Shown: positions 17,863 to 25,716 of the stretch, piece by piece
How positions within the stretch are numbered: the stretch's first letter is position 1
Layout: each line of letters opens with the position of its first letter
From: Okeania sp.
GTDB taxonomy: Bacteria; Cyanobacteriota; Cyanobacteriia; Cyanobacteriales; Microcoleaceae
Length of the DNA: 32,000 nt
NCBI RefSeq assembly: GCF_035285525.1
Contig: NZ_JAYKGW010000165.1
Coordinates: forward strand, 1-32,000
Reading direction: 5' to 3'
The notes under the pieces: model-generated
Seen by the model: only the letters and a program-made list of their open reading frames with translations
Told to the model about the DNA's origin: nothing
Databases searched by the model: none
Position numbers and translations under genes: made by a program

Positions 17863-19386
17863 TCAACTCATGTCATACAAATATACATAGGAACCAGGTT
17901 GTTCAAAGGTATCTATTTTTATACCAATTTCATCTAAATAAGAATTTAAAAATCTTCTTTCTGCGGGAATAAGAGTATGGGAAAATAATAACCATACTCT
18001 TTTATTTCCCAGGAGTTTATTTAAGTCTTTTTTATATCTTTCCTCCTCAGCAATTGATAATTTTTTACCATCATATTGATCTAAATCATCGACTCCAATA
18101 ATATAGTCACCTTCCTGATAACCATATTTTTCTGCATAATACTGAAACTGATATATTCCCCGTTGATAAATATACAAAATATCTCCTGGTTGTTGATGTT
18201 TTTGGATATAATTCAATACGGGTTTAATTTCTGAGGAATTTAATGGTTTTTCTATTAGTTCAATGGCTTTTACTACGGGTTGTTTGAGTAATAAAATAAT
18301 CAAAAAAAGACTGATAATTTTGATTGGTCGAGATTTCGATTTTTTCAAAAGATAATTTCCACTTTCGGCGATGAGGAAAATTACGAATGGTGTGAGAAAT
18401 AAAACTAAACGACTCCGAAATGGATATTGATGTAAAAAGGATGCTAAAAAAGTCATTAATATTGGAGAAAGTAAGAGCAACAAAATTTTCTTTTTGTGTA
18501 ACCAACAAGCAATACAACCTAACAAAAAAAATACAATTGCTAATCCATCAATCCATTTGCCAAAGCCTAATGGTTTATAGAAAAATTTGCCGAAAGCATC
18601 TAACATCCAAATAATATCAAATGGGGAACTAGGAAAAGCTTTTCCCCAAGAATTTGTTAATGTTTCATTGCCTGTTAAATTTCTCAAAGATACAAAATAA
18701 AAGATGATAAAACTGAAAATCCAACCTGAATAAATAAGTAATAACTGTTTGATTTTAGTTAGGTCTTTCTGCCAATAATTAATTAATAAAGCACTACCAC
18801 CAATACTTGCCAAAATAAAGATAGAAGGATGAGAAAACCAAATAGCGATCGCTCCGACTAAAGCAGATTTAATTATCTGACTTTGGTTTAATTTTTGTTC
18901 TAGCAAAGGTAGTAATAATAGATATAAAAGGAGAGCGATCGCTACATCATTAGAATATTGTTTGACTTCTGCTGAGTAATAGACTAAATATTGTAAGTTG
19001 GCAAATAAGGTTAAACCAATTATTATAGCAGATTTAGCCATCCATTTTTTGGCTAATTCATAAAATAAAAATAATGAACCGATACCACAAATTAAGGGAA
19101 ATAGTCGCAAGGCATATTCATTATTTCCTAATATCTGAACTGCTAATTTTTCTATAATTAGAAAACCTATTGGCGCACCTTGGTCATAATCTAAAGGTTG
19201 GAATAATTCTAGATAGGAACGATTGACAATATTCAGGGCTAAAACTGCTTCATCTGCCCAGAGAGAACGATTAGATAAATATTGAATTAACCTCATGGCT
19301 ACCCCAAAAGCAATTATTAAATAAGGTAGTATTGGAGTGTCAAATAAAAATTTAAAATCTGGTAAATATAACTTTTGATTTTTCAT
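17863..19386 (-). CDS. Polytopic membrane glycosyltransferase, GT-C fold (GT39 / ArnT-PMT_2-like)
   Basis: 507 aa with roughly a dozen hydrophobic segments. It has an early loop SLWADEAVLALN (a DE-type motif of GT-C enzymes) and a soluble C-terminal domain. The layout is typical of ArnT-like dolichyl/undecaprenyl-phosphate-sugar transferases. Confidence 0.65.
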   Translation of the reverse strand: MKNQKLYLPDFKFLFDTPILPYLIIAFGVAMRLIQYLSNRSLWADEAVLALNIVNRSYLELFQPLDYDQGAPIGFLIIEKLAVQILGNNEYALRLFPLICGIGSLFLFYELAKKWMAKSAIIIGLTLFANLQYLVYYSAEVKQYSNDVAIALLLYLLLLPLLEQKLNQSQIIKSALVGAIAIWFSHPSIFILASIGGSALLINYWQKDLTKIKQLLLIYSGWIFSFIIFYFVSLRNLTGNETLTNSWGKAFPSSPFDIIWMLDAFGKFFYKPLGFGKWIDGLAIVFFLLGCIACWLHKKKILLLLLSPILMTFLASFLHQYPFRSRLVLFLTPFVIFLIAESGNYLLKKSKSRPIKIISLFLIILLLKQPVVKAIELIEKPLNSSEIKPVLNYIQKHQQPGDILYIYQRGIYQFQYYAEKYGYQEGDYIIGVDDLDQYDGKKLSIAEEERYKKDLNKLLGNKRVWLLFSHTLIPAERRFLNSYLDEIGIKIDTFEQPGSYVYLYDMS

Positions 19387-19393
19387 AAAGATC

Positions 19394-19423
19394 GGAAAGA
19401 AGAAAGAAGAAAGAAGGAAGAAG
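19394..19423. repeat. STRR heptamer array (GAAAGAA/GGAAGAA) 8 nt upstream of the GT39-like start codon
   Basis: GGAAAGAAGAAAGAAGAAAGAAGGAAGAAG. On the coding (minus) strand this is a pyrimidine-rich TTCTTTC leader. Confidence 0.8.
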
Positions 19424-19509
19424 TTGGAACAGAAGGAAAAACCTTACAGAAGGTAGATATTTTCCCAATTTTTTACACGCTCCGATACCAACGGACATGA
19501 TATTAAATC

Positions 19510-19746
19510 TAACATTAATAAGATTTTGTTGGGTTTCGTTACAACTATTTTGGTGATTTACACTCTAACATTAATAAGATTTTGTTGGGTTTCGTTACAA
19601 CTATTTTGGTGATTTACACCTTAACATTAATAAGATTTTGTTGGGTTTCTTTACAACTATTTTAGTGATTTACACCTTAACATTAATAAGATTTTGTTGG
19701 GTTTCGTTCCTCAACCCAACCTACAACTATTTTGGTGATTTACATC
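19510..19746. repeat. Tandem repeat, 56-bp unit x4 (last copy 12 nt longer)
   Basis: Units start at 19510, 19566, 19622 and 19678 (TAACATTAATAAGATTTTGTTGGGTTTCGTTACAACTATTTTGGTGATTTACAC). Copy 4 retains the full GTTGGGTT..AACCCAAC hairpin, which copies 1-3 have lost. Confidence 0.9.
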
Positions 19747-19770
19747 CTAATTCTTTCTACTCCCTACTCC

Positions 19771-20718
19771 CTAGTCCCTAGTAACTAAATACTTCCCAAA
19801 AAATGGTAAACCTGCTATTGCGGGTAATAAATAACGGGATGTACAAAGTAATCCTAAAGCTGCTCCAACTTCTTGAGGAAAATAAGGTTGATAAAACAGA
19901 ATAAACGCAGCATCACGAGTACCAACTCCAGCAAATGTTAATGGTAATAATCCTGCTAAAATTGCTAAAGAAGATAATGCTAAACTCTCTATAAATGGTG
20001 CTTTAGCATTTAACGCTAAAATAAAAAACCAGATTTGTGATAAATGCCCGAACCAGATAAATAGAGAGAGAGTAGCAAATTTTATTAATTGTAATTTATC
20101 GTGCCAAAAATACCTGTGCATTTCTATCCAAGAATTTTCTAAACTATCAATTTTCAAACTCATTTTCTTGGGGGCAATTTTTCGGGAAGTTGCAAAAAAT
20201 ATACTGGCAATTTTACGAGAAGATAATAATAATAATCCGATGATTAAACCTGATGCAACTCCAGCAGTCATCATCCAAAATAATAAGTCTTTTTCTGGAT
20301 AAACAATTAAACCAAAAACACACCAAATCAATAAAGAAATTAAGTCACAAGATTTTTCAAAGATGACTAGAGATAAAGATAAAGTTCCTTCTAAATGCCC
20401 CCTTTGTTTCATAAAATAAGCTTTGACAATATCTCCCATTTTTGAGGGCAATATCATGTTTAAAACACTGGCAGCTAATATTAATTCGTTAGCTTCTCTA
20501 AAGTTGAGATAAGATGATGATTTTCTCCCTTTTTTTGGCATTAACTGTTGTAGTCGCCAAGCTGTTAACATTGTCAAAGGAATTATCATACTGATACTGA
20601 TTATCATCCATATTGGGTTAGAGTTTTGAAATACTTTTATTAGTCCAGAAAAGTCAATTTTCCAGTAGATAGCTATGAGAATAAGTAAGCTGATAATTAG
20701 AGAAATTAGTCGTTTCAT
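19771..20718 (-). CDS. UPF0104 / lysylphosphatidylglycerol-synthase-TM-like 'flippase-like' membrane protein
   Basis: MKRLISLIISLLILIAIYWKIDF.., multiple TM segments, and LPSKMGDIVKAYFMK resembling the family P.K.GE..R motif. ORF track start 20769 is TTG, so I prefer ATG 20718. Confidence 0.65.
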   Translation of the reverse strand: MKRLISLIISLLILIAIYWKIDFSGLIKVFQNSNPIWMIISISMIIPLTMLTAWRLQQLMPKKGRKSSSYLNFREANELILAASVLNMILPSKMGDIVKAYFMKQRGHLEGTLSLSLVIFEKSCDLISLLIWCVFGLIVYPEKDLLFWMMTAGVASGLIIGLLLLSSRKIASIFFATSRKIAPKKMSLKIDSLENSWIEMHRYFWHDKLQLIKFATLSLFIWFGHLSQIWFFILALNAKAPFIESLALSSLAILAGLLPLTFAGVGTRDAAFILFYQPYFPQEVGAALGLLCTSRYLLPAIAGLPFFGKYLVTRD

Positions 20719-20807
20719 TCTAGTAGATTTATTAGACGGCTTAATTATTATAGTTGTGTCAGTCCACAACTTTGAAAAATTGAAGCTAAAAACTGAGTAA
20801 GCATTCA

Positions 20808-21193
20808 GCAGTCAGAAGTCAGCAGTCAACTATCTATTTTATTTTGAGATAAAAGCTTTATGATACGGTTCCCGATAAATCAGCAATTTTATCTGACTAA
20901 AAAATTCAACTTTCACTTTCTTTATTCGTTTAAATATCTTCCTTAAGGTTGAAGTTTTTATTGCTGAAGTGCTGACAGCTAATATCTGAATGCTTACAAA
21001 GCAGTCAGAAGTCAGCAGTCAACTATCTATTTTATTTTGAGATAAAAGCTTTATGATACGGTTCCCGATAAATCAGCAATTTTATCTGACTAAAAAATTC
21101 AACTTTTACTTTCTTTATTCGTTTAAATATCTTCCTTAAGGTTGAAGTTTTTATTGCTGAAGTGCTGACAGCTAATAGCTGAATGCTTACAAA
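20808..21193. repeat. 193-bp tandem duplication (2 near-identical units) inside a TIR-bounded element
   Basis: The unit starts at 20808 and again at 21001, with only a few mismatches. GTAAGCATTCAG (20797-20808) is inverted against CTGAATGCTTAC at 20986-20997 and 21179-21190. Each unit carries a GGTTCCCGA box. Confidence 0.9.
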
Positions 21194-21224
21194 ACTGATA
21201 ACTGATATGAGCAACCCTATTTAG

Positions 21225-22148
21225 CTATTTTAATTGTTGATTTAACCAGTTTTCCAAATCTACTACAGTTGCTAAATCAAAAATTTCATCACCTAAAATA
21301 TCTAATTTTTCCAGAGATAACTGTTCTATTTTAGCTTGGATTTCTGGAGCTATTTCTCCAAATTTTCGCCGAATTTGACGTTTAACTAATATCCCTATTC
21401 CTTCCTCTCTTCCAATTCCAATTCCAATTTCTATTCCTGCGCTTTTTGCTAGAGAAATTTCTGCTTTTCTATCTTCTATCAATATTTCCTGTTTCTGTAT
21501 TTCCTCTAATTCTTCATTATTTAAGTTCGCCCGATTTGCTATATTTAATGCTGCTTTTATTTCTGATACTTTTTCCAATGAGTTGGGTATTATTTTTAAA
21601 CTTGGTGCTGATTTCAGAAAATATATCCATTTCTCACTTAGGGTTTCTAAAGCTGATAATTCTTTCTTAAATTTAGGTAATTCCAGAAACATTAATGTTA
21701 ATTCATCTCGATAATTAAATAACTCTTTCTCTTCTTTAAATCTAAACTTAGTAATGATTTCTTCGGATTCCTCAAATAAAATAAAATCAGTAATTGTTAA
21801 ACCGATAAAAGGTTTCAACATTCTATAACCTTGACCCACATCTAATTGATTTCCATAAGCCTTAGCTAAATTATAAATTACTCGTTTTTCAAAATCTTCT
21901 ACATTCAAAACTTGCATTTCAATAATCACAGTCGAACCATTATTTAAAATTGCTTTAACATCTACATAAGTCTCCTTGAGAGTATTAGTAACTCCAGGAT
22001 TATAAGGGTTGATTATTTTCAGGGATTGAATAATATTTTGATTGTTATAAACAATAGCATTGAGAAAACTAATCAGAATATTTTGACTGTGAATAGAACC
22101 AAATATTTTTTTAAAAGCAAAGTCAGTTTTGGGGCTGATAAATTTCAT
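21225..22148 (-). CDS. Rpn-family recombination-promoting nuclease / putative transposase (PD-(D/E)XK, YhgA-like)
   Basis: The N-terminus MKFISPKTDFAFKKIFGS..N..ILISFLNAIV and VDV...N...VIIEMQ are the signature of this family, which is abundant in cyanobacteria. Confidence 0.85.
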   Translation of the reverse strand: MKFISPKTDFAFKKIFGSIHSQNILISFLNAIVYNNQNIIQSLKIINPYNPGVTNTLKETYVDVKAILNNGSTVIIEMQVLNVEDFEKRVIYNLAKAYGNQLDVGQGYRMLKPFIGLTITDFILFEESEEIITKFRFKEEKELFNYRDELTLMFLELPKFKKELSALETLSEKWIYFLKSAPSLKIIPNSLEKVSEIKAALNIANRANLNNEELEEIQKQEILIEDRKAEISLAKSAGIEIGIGIGREEGIGILVKRQIRRKFGEIAPEIQAKIEQLSLEKLDILGDEIFDLATVVDLENWLNQQLK

Positions 22149-22182
22149 TTTATATATTTTCCTGAACTGATATTATTTATAG

Positions 22183-22217
22183 CAGGGAACAGGGAACAGG
22201 GAACAGGAAACAGGAAA
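22183..22217. repeat. STRR heptamer array CAGGGAA x3 / CAGGAAA x2
   Basis: Direct reading; it begins 35 nt upstream of the Rpn start codon. Confidence 0.85.
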
Positions 22218-22290
22218 CACTTTTTCAACTGTTCCCCAGTCTAAGATTGATCATCAGTCCATGTCCTAACCGCCTTGGCGGTTGCTATAT

Positions 22291-22397
22291 CAGGACTTAC
22301 GCATGAACGCTATTGGTAGGGTGCGTTTTGCTGCGCGACATGAAAAGCGTAGCGTAACCCACCGATACTCCATATATATTGCCTTTGCGTAAGTCCT
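22291..22397. mobile_element. MITE, CAGGACTTACGCA-TIR family
   Basis: CAGGACTTACGCATGAACGC ... TGCCTTTGCGTAAGTCCT. Confidence 0.7.
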
Positions 22398-22620
22398 ATA
22401 TATGATAAACTATGCTGATGGTAATTTCGTCAAGTTACTATCCTAACAGACATAAAAACTTTGAGGGGTTTAGAAACCAAACCCCTACAAAATCCCTACA
22501 GCGCTTTTCACTCTCGATAAACCACATCGAACCAAAATCTAGTAAAGACCTTGTATGCAACATCCTTACTGTGGTTTACTTAAATGAAAACCGCTGTAAT
22601 TATTAATTATCCATTATTAA

Positions 22621-24834
22621 TTATCCATTACAACTTGAACTATCAAAATTAAACTCATACTGATATAACTTAGACTCATCACTAACGTCAAATGATTCTT
22701 TAGCTACCGCATCCAAAGCAGCATCATCCAAAATTGTCGAACCACTTTCTAATAACAACTTTGGTCCGACACTAATACTACCATCAGGATTCACCAAAAC
22801 TCCCACGATCGCCTTACCTTCCAACTTTTGCCTGCAAGCAGCATCTGGATAAATACCAGAAATAGCTCTAGGTTGAGTCAAACTTTCTTCACCCAACCCT
22901 AATTCGATCGCCCACTGCGTATAAGCATCAAAAGCACCTAAAGCTAAATTCCTTGACTGCGACTCTTCAGCAAGTGCAGCATCTGCTTCCTCTAGTTCCT
23001 TGAGTCTATCTAACATCGAACCCTCAAATTTTGCTTCCCCTTTTTTTGATGGAGATGATTCAGAAGTAGGTGTTATTTCCTCCTCTGATGTTGACGGTTG
23101 TGTTTCTTCCAAATTGTTAGCAGCTAAATTTTCTTCTGGGGTGGGAGATGCTTCAGCTTCAGAATTAGGAGTAGTTTCAGCTTTTTCTGATAATAAACTT
23201 TCCAGCTCTTTTTGGGTTTCTAATTTGGGAGACGCTTTAGCAGTAGGAACAACTGACAGTGTTTCCGGTTCAGATTTTTCGGTTTCCGTAGGAGTGATAA
23301 TAATAATCTTTCCTTGTTTGACTTCTTCCCTGATCTTGTCTAGAGTCTTGCCATCCCATAATTCTTCAAGTATGGAACTTTTGGGCGGTTCATTTTCAGT
23401 AGTTTGCTCTGGAGGTAAGGTAGTTTTTGGAGTTACGGCAACTGTCTCTGGTTCAGACTTTTCGATTTCTGGTTCAGACTTTTCAGTTTCATTTTTTGAG
23501 GGAGTGACAATAATAATTGTTTCTTGTTTTGCTTCCTCCTGTATCTCATCTAGAGTTTTGCCATCCCATAATTCTTCAAGTATGGAACTTTTGGGCGGTT
23601 CATTTTCAGTAGTTTGCTCTGGAGGTAAGATAGTTTCTGGAGTTACGGCAACTGTTTCTGGTTCAGATTTTTCGGTTTCCTTTGGTCGGGGAACGATCAC
23701 AATAATCTTTCCTTGTTTTGCTTCTTCCTGTATCTGGTTCAGAGTTTTGCCATCCCATAATTGTTCGAGTATTGACTCTTTTGGCGATTCATTTTCAGAA
23801 GTCTGCTTTGGAGATAAAGTAGTTTCTGGAGTTGCTGCTGCTACAGAAGTTTCTTCTGTGGGAATAACAGCAGTTTCTTCTGGTTGAGTATCGGTGTTAT
23901 TTTCTGTGGGAATAACAGCAATTTGATTTTCGGGTTTATCTTGATAACGTTCTGGAGGTAATTCTAAACCGTCTGAGTATGATCCAGTAAATTTTTCTGT
24001 AGATGGAACTTCTTGAGAAGTTGTCTCTGGAGTTGAACCACGAGATAAACCTGAGTCATTAACTTCATTAGTCAAGTTTTGATTTTTCCTAATTTGATAC
24101 TCATCTAATATACTTTGATTTGGAGGTTGTGGTGGTTCAATGGGATATCTATCTATAGGTGGAAAATTTGTACTAGGTACTGGAGATGGAAATATTGTGC
24201 TTCGTGGGATTGGAGATGGAAATGTTGTGGTTTGTGGTGTTGGAGATGGAAATGTTGTGTTTTGTGGTGTTGGGGATGGAAATGTTGGAACCTCTAGTGC
24301 TGGTGGTGGAAATATTGGGGTTTGTGGTGCTACTGCTCTACCTGGTATGGTATCGGAAAATTCTAGTTCTATTGAAGGCTGATTTTTCAGCAACTCAGAA
24401 GCAGTAGGACTTGGAGCTGCAGGACTTGGAGCTGCAGGACTTGGAGCTGCAGGAGATGATTCTGATAATTTGTAATCTGAGGGATCTAATGGAATGGTGG
24501 GTAAGTCTGAAGATGAGGATGAAGACAAAGGTGGTATTTCACCTGGAGTTGTTGGTGCAGTTAGGGAAATCTCAGATGGTACTGTAGAGAATTTAATTTC
24601 TTCTTCTGGTTGAGGTAAACGTTGGAGTTGTTCTGGAGTTAATTCGATAAATCCTACTGTTGGTGGTAGTTTAGCTTTCTCAGAAAATAGGGAGAGTTTT
24701 GGTAAGTTAACTCCTAGAATAGTATGGATAATTACAGAAGTAAAGAGTCCTATCCATATTGGGTGATTCAAGGAGTCTTTGAAGAAAGGTTGTTCAATTG
24801 GTTGTTCTAATTCTAGGGAAGAAAAGTTAGACAT
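22621..24834 (-). CDS. TonB-family energy-transducer-like protein with a very long repeat-rich Pro/Glu/Thr/Ser linker
   Basis: N-terminal TM with an SxxxH motif (FTSVIIHTILG). Pro-rich linker. C-terminal TonB_C-like GIYPDAA...LEGKAIVGVLVNPDGSI...SGSTILDDAALDAVAKESF. AGGAG lies 9 nt upstream of the ATG. Confidence 0.75.
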   Translation of the reverse strand: MSNFSSLELEQPIEQPFFKDSLNHPIWIGLFTSVIIHTILGVNLPKLSLFSEKAKLPPTVGFIELTPEQLQRLPQPEEEIKFSTVPSEISLTAPTTPGEIPPLSSSSSSDLPTIPLDPSDYKLSESSPAAPSPAAPSPAAPSPTASELLKNQPSIELEFSDTIPGRAVAPQTPIFPPPALEVPTFPSPTPQNTTFPSPTPQTTTFPSPIPRSTIFPSPVPSTNFPPIDRYPIEPPQPPNQSILDEYQIRKNQNLTNEVNDSGLSRGSTPETTSQEVPSTEKFTGSYSDGLELPPERYQDKPENQIAVIPTENNTDTQPEETAVIPTEETSVAAATPETTLSPKQTSENESPKESILEQLWDGKTLNQIQEEAKQGKIIVIVPRPKETEKSEPETVAVTPETILPPEQTTENEPPKSSILEELWDGKTLDEIQEEAKQETIIIVTPSKNETEKSEPEIEKSEPETVAVTPKTTLPPEQTTENEPPKSSILEELWDGKTLDKIREEVKQGKIIIITPTETEKSEPETLSVVPTAKASPKLETQKELESLLSEKAETTPNSEAEASPTPEENLAANNLEETQPSTSEEEITPTSESSPSKKGEAKFEGSMLDRLKELEEADAALAEESQSRNLALGAFDAYTQWAIELGLGEESLTQPRAISGIYPDAACRQKLEGKAIVGVLVNPDGSISVGPKLLLESGSTILDDAALDAVAKESFDVSDESKLYQYEFNFDSSSCNG
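23270..23850. repeat. Intragenic tandem repeats (189-210 nt units x3) within the TonB-like gene
   Basis: 23341-23465 and 23551-23675 differ at about 5 positions, and a third, more diverged copy starts at 23740. They encode SILEELWDGKTL..IQEEAKQ..III..P..TEKSEPETVAVTP.T.LPPEQTTENEPPKS. Additional repeats are 30-nt units at 24181-24290 and 15-nt units at 24406-24450. Confidence 0.9.
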
Positions 24835-25022
24835 CTAGGGGACTCCTATAAAAATAAAATTTTAATTTAATAATTTAATTTAATCACAAAAGAAGTAAGA
24901 AGTAAGAAGGAAGAAGGAATCACAAAACCTTAAACTTACAGCAAATTCCAAGCATAAGACGTACAGATATAGATATTAATAGTTAAATCTTACCAGTGCG
25001 ATTTTTCGGGAACCGTGCATCT

Positions 25023-25202
25023 TAATATCATGTCCGGTTAAATAGTTATAATTAAAGTTATCCTGTAGGGGTTTGGTTTCTAAATCCCTGATGCGCTAGG
25101 GTTTGGTCTCCAAACCCCTACGATAAAATGTGACAATCTAGTTAATGAAATTCTATACAAACAAAAACTTTTTTATCACGCTCTTATCCGGACATGATAT
25201 TA
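25023..25202. mobile_element. 180-bp element with perfect 15-bp terminal inverted repeats TAATATCATGTCCGG
   Basis: 25023-25037 is the reverse complement of 25188-25202. The interior has a GTAGGGGTTTGG..CCAAACCCCTAC hairpin. A solo end (CGGACATGATATTA) lies at 19492-19505. Confidence 0.65.
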
Positions 25203-25279
25203 CTCCTGTGGATGGATGTACTTCGCTCAACTGGAATCTGCTGTAAATCAGTAACTATCCAAAATTAATTACAAGTTCT

Positions 25280-25372
25280 CAGGACTTACGCACCACACCA
25301 CATATATAGTGTTTAAAACTATAACATTATAGTTTTTTAACTCTATATTATAGTACCTTTGCGTAAGTTCTG
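25280..25372. mobile_element. MITE, CAGGACTTACGCA-TIR family (AT-rich palindromic core subtype)
   Basis: CAGGACTTACGCACCACACC ... ACCTTTGCGTAAGTTCTG. Confidence 0.7.
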
Positions 25373-25588
25373 ATTCTATTAGAAATATCCGATTTTATCT
25401 ATAAATTACCAATTATTTTTTTCCTCTTCCCTCTCTCAACAGTTGCAGTTTAACAAATAATATGTTAAATCGCAACATTAAGTTGGCATTCATGGGTACT
25501 TCCTCGGAAATAGAGAATTTTCATTATTCACAACTTGTCAATCATTTACCGGAAATATGATATATATTTATACTATGAATATATCTAA

Positions 25589-25690
25589 CAGGACTTACGC
25601 AGGTAAACCCGGTTTCTGGGTTTATCGTAGATATTTATTGTTAAAAACAATGATTTACTCTAGAAACCAGGTTTCTTTGGGTAAGTTCTG
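25589..25690. mobile_element. MITE, CAGGACTTACGCA-TIR family (AAACCCGGTTTCT-core subtype), 27 nt upstream of the hydrolase-like gene
   Basis: CAGGACTTACGCAGGTAAACCCGGTTTCTGGG ... AGAAACCAGGTTTCTTTGGGTAAGTTCTG. Confidence 0.7.
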
Positions 25691-25716
25691 TCTAAAAAAT
25701 ATCTCTTTTATTCGAC

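Noticed and set aside
18260-18614. ORFs 18260-18517 (-) and 18420-18614 (+). The same class includes 634-852, 21446-21670, 22026-22244, 25892-26080, 26849-27085, 28596-28781 and 29238-29675.
   Set aside because: All are embedded in, or antisense to, much longer ORFs with clear family signatures, so they are typical shadow frames.
19510-19746. Possible CRISPR array (regularly spaced repeats)
   Set aside because: The 56-bp units are contiguous with no unique spacers between them, and no cas genes or leader are present. This is a plain tandem repeat.
21032-21214. ORF 21032-21214 (-)
   Set aside because: It lies wholly within the second 193-bp repeat unit, and the first unit does not maintain the same frame as a gene.
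21225-22148. Rpn nuclease gene as a marker of a prophage, defence island or active transposon
   Set aside because: It is a single gene with no integrase, no partner defence genes and no matching terminal repeats around it. The family is highly multicopy in cyanobacteria.
22412-22606. ORF 22412-22606 (+), plus ORFs 25557-25760 and 28191-28385
   Set aside because: These are intergenic frames crossing dispersed repeats or MITEs. They have no RBS and no recognisable domain.
23000-24407. ORFs 23000-23887 (+, 295 aa), 24115-24297, 24140-24382 and 24186-24407 (+)
   Set aside because: These are antisense shadow ORFs inside the repetitive, compositionally biased TonB-like gene. Their low-complexity Ser/Gly/Val or Trp/Cys translations mirror the repeats.
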